The notes under the pieces: generated by a model
Seen by the model: only the letters and a program-made list of their open reading frames with translations
The model's database searches: none
What the model was told of the DNA's origin: nothing
Made by a program: the position numbers and the translations under genes
Part shown: piece after piece, positions 47,466-60,131 of the stretch
How the letters are laid out: every line of letters starts with the position of its first letter
Position numbering within the stretch: the first letter of the stretch is position 1
Source: Felis catus
Taxonomy: Eukaryota
NCBI RefSeq assembly: GCF_018350175.1
Contig: NC_058368.1
Location: 167,774,001 to 167,838,000 of the forward strand
Direction of reading: 5' to 3'
DNA length: 64,000 nt

Positions 47466-50400
47466 ATGTAGTAGTTGTTCAATGAACAGGTACAGAGTAA
47501 ACACAAAAGCACGAATTAGTTCTGCATCAGAAACAGTGGACATAGCCTCACCTTGCTCCCAGACTGTTCCCACTACAGGGGTAGCAGTCTCTAAAGTCTG
47601 GGCATTATGGCAGCTCCAAACTCCTTTCATCCTTTGAAGTTCATACCTAAGGCGATTCTCTGTGTTACTCTCCTTTCCAACCGACATCACCGGGCGCCTC
47701 TTTCCAGATGCACCTTCCCTCGGGTTTCCAATAATTTGGCACAGGACACCAAAGTAGCTCATGCTGGTGGTTCGGTAATTTCTGCTGGGTCATTCTGCTG
47801 TCAGACAGTACTAAGGAAAAGCCCAGGCCATACTGGAGTTAAATGAGGGCAGCCTTCCTTACTGGAGATCACTGACACACTAGACTGGATGGATAACACT
47901 GAGAAACACATTACTGGTCACTAGATATGAGCTTGTTTCCAAAACGTTGCAAAAACCCACTTCTGCTTCCAGCGTCAGTGCCCTGCTCAGGGCGGCAGGC
48001 CCAGGTGGGCCCCACAGAAGATTCTGAAATTTTGTGACATTTAACGTGCCTTCTCATGTCACAGTTATCTGGAGGCAGAAGGGGAACTGTGGGCAGATCC
48101 CCTGACTCAAAATGATGCTACCTCAAAATAATGCTACCCAATTTCTTGGGCTTCAGAAATTCTACCTGCCTTTACTGCTCCCTGGGGAGCAAATGGAAAT
48201 CCGAGGAACTTTTTGTTGCTATCGTTGGTGTTGTCATCACAGTGACGTGTGGCATTTGTTGTCCCAGATAGCATGAAAATAATACTGCAACTCACAGTAT
48301 AGTCCTGGGCAAGGAAGAATTCTTCAAACCAAACTGTCCTACGCCCCCCACTGAGAAACACTGTGCTCATCAGAATAAGGCACTTGTGTGGTAGGGGATA
48401 AATCAAACACATTTCTTCTCTTCAGCATGGTTTACTTTGGCAAAAAGTTGAACATAATTTGTTAATTCTTCACCATAATGACCAATAAAGGCAAAACGAA
48501 AGTATGCCTCCACTCTAGCAAGGAGGGAATGGGAAAAGTATTCAATGAACATCTACTATTTTCTAGGCATATACGCATTAATACTCCTTATTTCACATGA
48601 ACTGTGGCTCAGAGAGGATTAGTATTTCACACAGGGTCATGTACCTTGTAAATAGAAGCTAGGATTTGAATCCAGGACCCCTAAGCAAAGATGTTCTCTG
48701 CACTGTGCCATGTTGACTTGGCACACAGGTAACAGCGAGACACACGAAGTGCCATACTGTGGCCTAGCTGATCACCTGGCCAGTAAACTGTTCACTGACA
48801 TTCCTTTTCCATCTATGGTACAAAAAATGATTTCAATTTACATATAAGCACATTTCAAAGTCCTTTACAATGTCTTCAAAATGGCTGCTCTGTGGGAATG
48901 TAAATTATAATAGATCTCACTTTGCTTGTGGAATATTCCATGGTGCAGCTGTGGTTGCATGAGACTTTGAAACATGATAGAAACATGATGAAGCTGCAGG
49001 ACTAACAAGGGACCTTCTGGCAGGGCAACTGCCCATGACATAAACAGGCATTGCTTTTTCTCCAGTCTCCCGCCCATCAACACGTTTTTCTGTGTCCCAG
49101 ACAGAGGTAGAATGGCCAACTTGACAGACAAGGTTCTTGACCCCTTGGAGCAAGGAAAATGGACAATTATACCAGCAACAGCAAAGCTTGAGGATTGATT
49201 TCTAGGGGAAGTGCAGATTGCTGTGGACAGAGGCACCTGACCTTTTCCAGGAGAGCTGGAAAAGGCTTTCCAAAAGAAGGAATATTTAATTGAACTTCTG
49301 GACAGGGAAGCATCAGCCTGTGTACACATTTGTTAAATACACACATATTATTCAGGGAAGAAAGGAAACCCATTCATGAGCCAGAATAAACCACTAATCT
49401 GTCCCTTACTTTGTAAGCTTTGTAAGGTAATGTTCCTCCAGCTCGCCTAGCAAACTCAAGTGTATAACTTCAGTAGTTCTTGCTTCACATAGCTCCATTC
49501 TGAGGAAAGGGGAGTGAAGAAAATGGATCCCCCTATCTTCAGCTGGGAAAAGTAAGGAACCCACAGTACATCTGTGAAGGGGCTGCAAATAGCACATTCA
49601 ACTACTCTCTCCTAATTCGGGGCTCTTGCCCTCACACTGGTCTGTCATTCTTCACAGACTCCCTGGGCAATGTCACTCACTGCTAACAGCCCCAGAGGCT
49701 GACTCCTGGCGGCCCAGAGGCAGAGTGTTGTCTGTCGGGCAATACGCCTCCGGAATCTGCTTCTCTCTGAGTTTCCTGGCTCTCTGGGAAACTGTACTGG
49801 CTATCAGTGGAACCCGGCATTCACAAGGTGTAGCAAAAGTCATCTCAGACAATGCATATTCAAAAGAGGCCCAATTGCTCTTTAAGCAAGTGCCCACTGG
49901 CCCCGAGATGGGCACATATTAAAATGGATAAAATAAGGGTAATGTGAATTCTAGTAATATGTCAACTTTGCATGTAAATGAGATGAGTCATCTAAGTGCA
50001 GTTTAAAATATTTTAAATAGGACACTAAGAAAAGAATAAAACAGCAGATGATACATTGGTTTTCCCAGGACCCTGCACAGCCAACAACATGCAGCAGGCT
50101 CTCTTTGGGGATTCTATTTTCTTCCCTTCGCAGAGGGATTTCTCATGTCCCTGCTTGGGTGACATACCATGTCTTACCTATGTTTCCCTACGTTAGAACA
50201 GGGAGGTCCAGGACACCAAAAATTTGGAGGGACTTTTACACTCTCTTATTTCATTCTCTTCACACTCTTTCTCTTCAGCAGCAAGGCTAAGCTTTCCAGA
50301 AGTCTGGAGGAGGATACAGCAGTAGCTCAGTATGCATGAACAGGCTGCAGGCAGAGCCCACAATGAAGATTAAGGGTCTTTCCCAGACTGGTGAGAGCTG

Positions 50401-50615
50401 TGAAAATGATTCTAGGTGTGAGCCAAAGCACCTGCTCTTTGTCTCTACTCAACAGTCAACTTCGCATTCCTTTCCTTCCCTCTGTCTCTCTTAGTCAAGC
50501 CAAGGCCCTTCACCACAAACCCCACAGCAACTCAGACATAACAAATGTTTGATACACATTTATTGACGTGGGATGAGTTAAACTGTGTCTGCAAACAAGA
50601 ACACAAATAAGAATA

Positions 50616-50808
50616 CAGTGGATCTCAGCATAATTGCTCACTAGAATCACCTGAGGATCTTTTAAAAACCCCAGTGCCCAGGTCATATCCCAGACTAACT
50701 GTACCTGCATCTTGGGGAAGTGGGACCCAGGCACCAGTGTTTTTTAAAGTACCCACCCCCCCAACCCTCCAGGAGATTCCAATGTGCAGCTTGGGCTGAG
50801 ACCCACTA
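50616..50808. mobile_element. hAT-Charlie MITE (MER5A family)
   Basis: TIR-like cagtggatctca…tgagacccact; internal tagaatcacctgaggatc…gtgggacccaggca…ccaggagattccaatgtgcagc. Confidence 0.8.
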
Positions 50809-53800
50809 GGTTAAAGCTTTCAGCTGTGAAGTTCCCAGAGGGCACAGGTGATTTCTGCTCCTGGGAATCTGAAGGCAAAGTCTGAACTAAGATTATCTGA
50901 AGACAACAAGTAAGCACTTGCCTCCCACGCTGCCCTATTAAACTGAGTCAGGGGTTATGGAGAAAAGAAATGGTTGCTCCTACAGCTTATTGGCCTATCT
51001 TTTTACAAATACTCACCCCTACCCGAAACAAAAGGTATATTCTTTGAATGTGGTAAAAACAGACTGGCTTCCTGTCTGTCACCATTGGTCTTGGATCTCT
51101 AGCTGGGCACAGCCCAAGGAGGCCACCTCCTGAGTTTTCCAATAGCTAATGGAAGGGAAGATTCCCCTAAACCCAGCTATACATGGATGGATGTAGTGCT
51201 TCCTCAAGGGACCACCCATAAGGTGAAGGACAGGGCACGCACGACTAAGTATTTAATATAATTTTAAGAAGAAAAATTGATCATTTTATTGGAGACTAAA
51301 AGCTACCTGTTACATATGGGAGTCAGGTGTCTACAGGCCACCCACAATGCACTATGCTTCATGCATGAACCTCCCTGAGGCCTTCAAGGATGGATTTTTT
51401 TTTTAATAGAAAGAGGTAAGAAATATTACTCTTGGGTGGCAAAACACTCATCTAAAAGTCCCAAAGCATGGAAAGAGACAGATACTGAGAATGCAATGAA
51501 CCTGACAGAGGCAGGCTCATAAATTCAGTCAACTTTGTCAAATGCAGTCATTCCATCTCAGAATCTGCAATGATTGGAAGTGCTATGCTCTGTCAATATC
51601 ACAACAGGCCTGGCTTCATGCTGTCTCTTTTTCATGAGATGTGGGTAGCCTGTTAACACTAGCATTGCTTTCTATTCACTTGAATTAGCACAGTGAGGAA
51701 GCAGCAAAGAACCTGGGAGGATGAAGATCACAGAAACGCCTGCAGTGTTAAGTGAGAATCGGGGCTCGCCAACCTGAAGCCTCTAATTAGAGATTAGTGT
51801 GACAGGAGTCCAACAACCAGACTGTCAGAGAGAAATTAGTGACATTTTCATTCTGTTTCTCCAAGCAATCCTCCACCAAGAAGGATGTTTCAAGTCAAGT
51901 GTAAGCTCTATGCAGAGCCTTGCATAGGCCACTCTGAGGCCACTGACCGCTGGCCATGGAATTGACCTAGCACACAAAAGCATACATTTTTTAGTATAGA
52001 TTTGCATGTGCGGTACAGATGAGAACCAAAGCGGACCTGTGTGGGACATCAGGATGGAGATAGCTACTTGGTGAGTCATCTGCAATTCTCTAAATGGTTC
52101 AGCAAAAGATCGACTATTTGAGAAAAACTGGGCCCTAATAAGATAATTAATGTAGTCACTAACTGAGCGGTAAGTACAACGTATTTATAGAACACATCTG
52201 GGTGTTTCTAAATTAAACTCACAAAGTTAAGCTAAAAAACACAATCGAGAAAGAAAACTCTCAGAACTAAAAATGTCTTCTTGTACGCTTAATGGCTTTC
52301 TTGATTTCAGTTTTTATTTTCTTACAGAAAGCCTGGGGCGGTGGTAATCACCAGTGGACACCTGACCAAAAAAAAAAAAATCTTTCTAAAATGGCATTTG
52401 CCATCAGGTAGAATTTATGGATTTGACCTGTTTCCTAAAACAAATTTATTACCAACAAAAATTTATTCTGCATAAAAGTGATCTGTAAATCTGTAGATTA
52501 AAAAGCCTGAAAACAAGTGATATTTCTGGTTTTCAGAAGAGAGACTCTACATAAATCAGCGAATTCCAGGGTTAGCCTCAGAAGGATGCTGAGTCCAAAT
52601 CACACAGCAGATGCCTGAACTCAGTCTGTGACTGTCCTGAACCCCAGGGGCTTTCGGCTACACTCAGAATTCCCCAGCTACAGGAAGCTGGTGTTAAATC
52701 CAAGGTGTTACCTTTCTAATTTCCCTCTGTCCAGATACTTCTTATAATCTATAAAATTATCAGGAGGAAGTGGGATCTAATGTTTTTCAAACTTGCTTTT
52801 AGCTGTACAATACTTCTGCAAACCAGAATAATAAATACACAAACCAAATAAGTAAACTAAATAAACAAAGCAATAAAAGTGGGGTTGCTCTGGCTGAAGT
52901 CAGTTAGATGGTAAGGACCAGGCACCCTGCCCTCTTAGCTGCTCTGTTATTCCCGGAGACTCTGAGGAACCTCCTCGGAACCTTGGAGCTACACAGAATG
53001 CAGATAAGAAACACAATCCATTCATCCATCATCCAATACATATTTTTTAGGTAACTGTTATGTATCAGCCCCTATGGCTGGGTCTGGCAATATAACAGAA
53101 GGAGAAATCCATGGATCTTACAACCTAGTGAGGAGGAGAGTGATGGGGATGAAGAAGGTAGGAATTCACCACCACATGGTTCTTGCTTGCAAACGGTCCT
53201 TGCTTGCTTCATGTAAGGAAGTTTACATGCATTAACTCATTTAATTCTCTCCATAGTCTATGGGATGGGTGTTATTTTTATTCCCTCTTTACAGATGAGA
53301 GAGGCAGTACGGGAGGTGGAGATAGAAAAGCCAGGATTGTGGTGACATTGAAGGCAAGAGAAAAGCGTTCTCATGAAAGAGGGCATGGTTACCATATGCG
53401 TGCAGTTGCTAAGGGATGAGACCAATTGTGGACAGAGAAGTGGCTGCTGCATGTGGTGACAAGGAAGTCACTGGTGATGTTGAACAGACTGGCGCGATGA
53501 GGATGGAAGTAAGACTGTAAGGAGTGGTGAAAAAGGAAGGATGACTGTTCATAGTCCATCCTTTGCAGAAAGGAGTTTAATAGGAGAGTGGCAGAAAATA
53601 GAACTGTAGAGGAATGCAGCTGAAAGAAGTTGTGGGGTCAAAGCAAGGTTCTTCATGCAGAAGAAATATACTTTGGGGTACCACTTTCAAAAATTAATTT
53701 GCAGTCTTACTGCATTGTAATTGCCCATTTGCTGGCCTGTCTCCCCTAGGAGACTCCCCTACCTATGGGGTAGGAACTGCCTTGTTCGCTGTTTTTTCTG

Positions 53801-54769
53801 ACCCGTCTCCTATCACCGTGACTGGAACCCAACAAGCACACTCAACAAATATTTCTTGAATAAATGGATAAAATAGATAAAAATTGGGAGAGGGGAAGGA
53901 GTTTGGGTTTTTTTCTTGAAAAACCACTTGCCAAATAAAACTTTCACCGCAAACCTGCTGCTGGATGGCCAGGTTTCATGTGCGGGCTGAGCCTGTTCCT
54001 TCCCAAGGAGTCCCTCAGTCTCCTGAGCCACTGTGGGCTGTCTTTGTTTCTATTCTGTGAAGTCAGGTGCTTAGGAGTTCTGGGATCTAATCTGAACCCT
54101 GTTAAGAAACTGCTGTTACCTTTTCTGTTTCTAAATTAGAAAAATAATATGATCCTGCAATCTAATTCTTTCATATAATTACTTAAGCCAAATCAAAGTT
54201 CCAAGGAGATTATTTACTACAAAGCAATGACGCTCCCTGGTGCCTTCAGGCAAACTCCAACATAACATTCTATTCCTCCAGCATTTGGGGAACAGTAGGC
54301 CCTCTGCTTCCTCCTTTCTAAAAAAAAAAAAAATTCATACATCATTCCCATAATAGAAGTGAGCAAAATATAAGCAGCTCCTTACAGCACTCTCCCTTAA
54401 AGCGTTCTAGGTTGATGTCGATTTTCCTGAAGAAGCAAACCAAACAAGTCCCAGCCTGCACACTGAGTGGCCTTCTAACTTGGCAAGTCTTTACTCTGTT
54501 TACCCCAAAGGACTGAGACCTATTGGTCTCTGAGTTTCTTCTTCCTTTATAATAAGTGGAATTGTTACTTAATGAATTTTAGCTATGATAAAAATAGATT
54601 CTATTTGTTTCTGAGAATTGCTAAGTCTCGGGGCCTGGTGTTTCTCTGTAAGATCTTTGCATGTGAATTTCTATTCATGGCTACAATATCATGAGCCAGG
54701 TAGTTCATGTCATGGCTGAATATCACAGACCAGATTCTAGAACAGATATGTATATATGAATAAATATAA

Positions 54770-55015
54770 TAGCACTAGTAGTGGACATTTACTGAGAGCT
54801 TGCAGCGTGCATGACTTTGGGCTAAATGCTTTATTGCAATACCTCATTTAGTCTCATGACAACCCTATGGAGTAAATACACCCCAATTTTTCAGATGGTG
54901 AAACTGAGGCTTTTAGAGATTAAGCTGTCCAAAGTCCACAGGCAGTCAAGTGAAGTAGGTAGAATTTAAAAACCCAGCAGTTTGACACCAGTGCTTACCA
55001 GTTTAACCTTTGCCA
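54770..55015 (-). mobile_element. MIR SINE
   Basis: ctcatttagtctcatgacaaccctatgga…tttttcagatggtgaaactgaggct. Confidence 0.75.
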
Positions 55016-56717
55016 TAAAAGCTCCATGCTGTGTTTCTTGGTTTAATGCTTAAACACAGGGAAGGCTTTTCAGGTGCCCAGGATTGGCAGAAGAGGAGAC
55101 GGGAGCGCTTCGCCACAGTGCGGTTGTGAGGTAACCTCTGAATTTCAGCTGATGTGTTTTTCTGTTTCAATTACCAGGAATAATCAGGAGAGGGTTGTAA
55201 AAATGTGTTTTAAAGTGTTCCTATGCGAAAATCACCTGGAGAAACTGTTTTATCAGCAAAAGGAACAAGATGCTGATACTTCAAGCGAAGGACTTCAGTT
55301 CAGATTTTAGAGTCCCAGCCATGCTGTCACCATTTTTCATCTTCCCTCTCCCTCTGAGCACATGACTACGGGCTGTCAGGGCAATGGTTATGTCGCCTAG
55401 GCCTTGGGCTGCACAGTCTAACACAGGCAAGACCACTCCCACCTTATCAGCACAGGACGGTTTGTTTCGTTTTGTTTTTTCACTTTATTTTCTTTGATAA
55501 GGCATAAATTTTCAATTCTCAGTTTTGGCTATGGGCAATCTGGAAACAGCTGTGCATGAATGGCAGGGAAGAGGGGAGTCCCTGCAGGTACACACTTTGT
55601 TTCATGGCTGAATTGCTACCCAAACAGTCCTGGACACAGCGCCCCACAAATTATTTTTCCTTTAAACTGATTTTTCCAGTTAGTTCTGTGTATTAGTTAC
55701 AGAGTCCTATATTATTTTCCCCATAGGGCTTTCCTGCTCCTGATTCCTAAACAAGCTGATAAAAACTCCATTTTCTCCACAGAAATATTTAGGTTGTTGA
55801 GGCTTTCTCTTACCATAATTACTTCCTGAAAAATGCAGTGGTCAATTTTTCCTGAATATTTTTACATTAAATTGGGCACACAAAACTTGGCCCTTGATAT
55901 TTGAAGGCTGTAAAGTAGATTTCTGGCTTTAAAGAGATGACTGGTTTCTATTACTTGCTTTCTGGGTTGGCTTCTTATTGATTTGATTAAATCTCCCTAC
56001 CATTTAAATGAGGAACTCTGTGTGAAAACAAGAATTTCTTATGACCTGAAGAAATCATTTCTTATTGAAAGAAATCATCTATTTCACTCCTCGACTAAGT
56101 ACTTCAGGAATTGGAGCAGGTGAGGAGAAAGGTCTTGGCAATGGTAGTCTGATGAGAAATGAATTAATTCGATTATTTCCATGGTGTGGATCAATAATAG
56201 TCAGCCTCGCAGAGGCCCCTGGCCTGAAGGCAGCTGGATAATCAATAGGATCACACAGAGGCTTCTCCTCCCCCAGCAGCCTCTCTGATCTTTTCTGGGC
56301 GGACTCTTCACGCCTGTGTAATTCTAATTTATGTCAACTAGAAATCAAAGAAATTCCAAGAGGCTTTGGTCATAGGACATTGGGGTGGACCTTTCAAAAT
56401 CTATTTGTGTCTATTCCTTCAGTAATGTGGCCCCCACAACCCTCCTGGCGCCTCTAGAGGCCAAGGAGAAGGAGCCTCCTCCCAACAGAAGGGCAGCTAC
56501 CTGGTCCCGGCCTAGGCAGAGGGGCGGCGTTAGGTAAATCGAGGTACACTTTCTCCTTCCTATCTACAACTCTCCAGGGACATAAGAACAAATAGGCTTT
56601 TTAAGCCAAATGCTTTGCCAAGAGTGGCTCCCTCAATAACGCTCTTTAATGATACCCCAGACGCTGGCATTTTCAAATCAAATGAACAGTGTGTAAAATT
56701 AGTTCTGCATGAAGTTT

Positions 56718-56751
56718 AAAAAAAAAGAAAGAAAGAAAGAAAGAAAGAAAG
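56718..56751. repeat. A-run plus (GAAA)n microsatellite
   Basis: Read directly. Confidence 0.9.
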
Positions 56752-58724
56752 TGAAAGGGAGCTTTTAAAAGCTCCAGCATTTCTTCATCCAACTGCTTTT
56801 CACAAGGGTTTGGCATTTGAGAATTGCTACATTTATGATGTTATTCGCTGCTCATAATTCAGGCCCTCTGTCTCCGAACTTCTGTATTAACACACACTGC
56901 AGAGGTTTCCACCACGACTTTTTATCACCGAGGTTTCCCAAACCAGCCAGCTGCCTCTGGCGAGGTCTGGTTTCTCAGCCAATGCCATGCCACTGGGCTC
57001 CCTCCCTTCTCATCAACCCTGTTACCCCAAACATTTTTCATTAACCTTGAACATTGCGTTTCCATTTGCCCTACAGCTTTCCCATGATTTTTTTTTTGTC
57101 CTTTTCAGTTTTGTTCTCCATCCAAACGGCCTTGTAAGAAATGAGGAAAATATCCTATTATGAGAAGAAACAGATCTATATGGACTCTAGAATTCTACAG
57201 AATATTCTATTCTAAGGTTGTGAAAATATTCTCTGACCAAAACCACCTACTGTCTATAATTGTGGAAAGCAGAGTAAACATATCACTCTTATTAGAGAGT
57301 CCCGTTGATTATACAAGCAGTTTTAACTAAATCACCAAATAAATGCGTGTTAAGTTGATAGGTGATTTTGGGTCAACTCTAATTCCCAAGGTCAAGTAAG
57401 CCTTTGAACAGTCTTTAAGAATATAAGTTCACCCCAATTCATCAAAGCTGTCTCACACAGCGTTTTCTTCTCTTGGTTCTTACAATGCACTGAAGTTTAG
57501 GAGATTAAGTGGCGTCGGCTTTAAAACTCAAAGTAATGCCTCTAACATGCTTATCCATCCAGCAATCGGAACAGCTACTCAAACACGGGCTTCTTAACGC
57601 ACTTCCTAGTTTTACAAGTGTTCAGGGAATGCTGCATTTGTGGAATGGCTGGAGGACTCCTCCCTACAAGTCACCAATGTTGTAGCCAAACAAGTCTGAC
57701 AGTCTAAGCGCACGTTGCTTTTATCTGCTAAGAATATGGTGAATGTTTCTCATCTGTTCTTTGTTTACCAAATGAGAGAGAGAAAGAACAGGGAGACGGA
57801 GGAAAACACCTTTTCCTACAACAAATGCAATGCATTTCGTCATTCTTTCAATTCCTCAAAAGCCCACGTGAGGAAAAAAGCTCAAGTTCGGTAAAGTATA
57901 GCTTCCAAATTAAATATAAGTGGCCCCAAATGAAACTGGCTGTGTGTGAAAGAAAATATAACTGCCTTCACTATTTCGCAGAACTACAGGATCGCAGATC
58001 ACAAGCCCGGGACACAAAGACATCACAAACCCCATCTTTCCCCCAGCACAGGGATCCCAGTGACAATATTCCTGACAAGGGGGTTAATGGTGACCATTGA
58101 GGTTTCTTGCTCCTCCTTTGGATGCAGTTGGTGTGCAGAAAGGGGAAGAGCTCAAATTGATGACTTATTAACGGTTAGCAGATTTGGTTAAGGGACAGAG
58201 AGAAGAGTGATAGACCCAAATAGTTTTGTTCTTCAATTATTGGTTGGCACAGATGCTCACCTTGAGATAAATCGTGGGTCTTCATGTCCATATGCTGATC
58301 ATGATTTCTCTGTGTTTTCTATTTCTATTCTTATTTTTCTCCACTATTTTCTTATTACTCTCTTTTTGTTTCCCTGCCTATTTGAATTGTCTTCTCTTCA
58401 ATTCAGCCTTTTCTCACGCTGCAAATCTTTCTTTATCCCTACACCCTGGTTAGTAAGTTGATTCTAAATACAGATTGTCCTATGGAGGCATTAGTTTTCC
58501 TTTGTCGAGTATGTAAAAAAAAAATGTAATTTTGACATCTTAGTATAGAAAATAATAACCTTAATTTTAACTGAGGAAAAAGTAAAAGGGCAGCATCTTT
58601 TCTAATCTTAGTTTATTTTTTCCTAATTTCCTTTCAAAATCAGATAGCAGGCAGTACAATTTTTTCTCATTTGGAAATTTCAAATATCAAAACACAGGTT
58701 AATATGACATTGATGATAAGAATA

Positions 58725-58955
58725 ATCAGTAGAACTGAGTATTTTATATATAACAAACATGATTATTCTAAGGGCTTGGTTTAGGTTCATTCACTTAAAT
58801 GCTCACAGAACTCTACAAGACAGGTACTATCATTATCTTCATTTTACAAATGAGGAAACAGAGGCACTGAGTAACTGCCCAAGATAACACTACTAAGAGC
58901 AGAGCCCAGATGTGAACCTAACTCTGGCCTCTGAATCCATGCCCTCAACTATTAA
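58725..58955 (-). mobile_element. MIR SINE
   Basis: cattttacaaatgaggaaacagaggcactgagtaactgcccaagataacac. Confidence 0.8.
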
Positions 58956-59765
58956 CCTCTTTGTTACTCACATTGTTACTTTGAGGCTTGATAAAAATTT
59001 AAAATCTGGAGACAGATTGCATAACACAAATTTTGAAAGCTGAGTAGCTACTCACTCTAGGTTTCCATCCAACTAAATCAACAAACAAGCGATTATGTGC
59101 AAGGCTTTATTTGCACTTTGTGGGTGGCTTGGAAACTTCTTCTGTCCTCACAGAACCTCTTGTGTCTGGTTCTGAGCTGCCCTAAGCCTAACGACGCCAG
59201 GCAGTAAGGCTGGCCCCAGCATCCTCTGGGCTGGGCCGCACCACAGCAGGCTATGGGCAGACAGCATGATGCTGGAGCCAGAGGCTCTCAGAGCAGTTCA
59301 GTGGTTGGAGACAGGATTCAGAGGCCGCCAGAGGAAAGGACTAACGCTCTCTCAGGGAGCCCACTAATCAGAACAGCCTCCCCATCCCATTTTGGACTAA
59401 TTTGCGTCTGGGTAGAAAAGGATCCTTTCCTTAACTTAAAATAAGCAAAATGCTGGTCAGCAAATATGTCGGAAATAATCTTCTCCTGTACTAACTGGAA
59501 CATAAACTTTTACCATTCATCTCTGAAGGTGGAGCTGACCTCAACAAATCTAAGGAGTACAGACTAGAAATATGGTAATTTCTAAGAGTGCTTGTGGATA
59601 TACAGATCCGTTTTGAACGCATACATTTTGGCGTCCTTGGTCCAGGTAGTACCCAGGTAGTAGCAGTTTCTTCTGGCAGACATTGAGCAAAGCTGCTGTC
59701 ATTGTTTAGCGTTTCTAGAATACTCCACCTACTGTAGATTCTTTAACTTGTTTTAAAAGAAGTCT

Positions 59766-59884
59766 TTAAAAAAAAAAAGATTTTATTTTTTAAGTAATCT
59801 CTACACCCAACATGGGTCTCGAACTCACAACTCTTGTGAGATCAAGAGTCACGTGCTCCACTGACTGAGCCAGCCAGATGCCCC
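59766..59884 (-). mobile_element. Short older Can-SINE (SINEC_b-like)
   Basis: Reverse reads ggggcatctggctggctcagtcagtggagcacgtgactcttgatctc…gttcgagacccatgttgggtgtagagattacttaaaaaataaaatc; lacks the (CT)n block. Confidence 0.85.
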
Positions 59885-59915
59885 TCAGAGGAGTCATTTT
59901 AAAGTGAAAGGGTTA

Positions 59916-60131
59916 GGGGCGCCTGGGTGGCGCAGTCGGTTAAGCGTCCGACTTCAGCCAGGTCACGATCTCGCAGTCCGGGAGTTCGAGCCCCGCGTCG
60001 GGTTCTGGGCTGATGGCTCAGAGCCTGGAGCCTGTTTCCGATTCTGTGTCTCCCTCTCTCTCTGCCCCTCCCCCGTTCATGCTCTGTCTCTCTCTGTCCC
60101 AAAAATAAATAAACGTTGAAAAAAAAAAAAT
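59916..60131 (+). mobile_element. Young Can-SINE (SINEC_Fc-type), antisense within the FBXL17 intron
   Basis: Perfect TSD AAAGTGAAAGGGTTA at 59901-59915 and 60132-60146; CpG-rich; nearly identical to 34343-34560. Confidence 0.96.

Noticed and set aside
48865..49329. 154-aa minus-strand intronic ORF
   Set aside because: No LRR or other motif and a non-ATG start; the two flanking exons already join in frame.
56447..56464. CTCF-like TGGCCTCTAGAGGCGCCA
   Set aside because: One base short in the core, which breaks the conserved GGC register.
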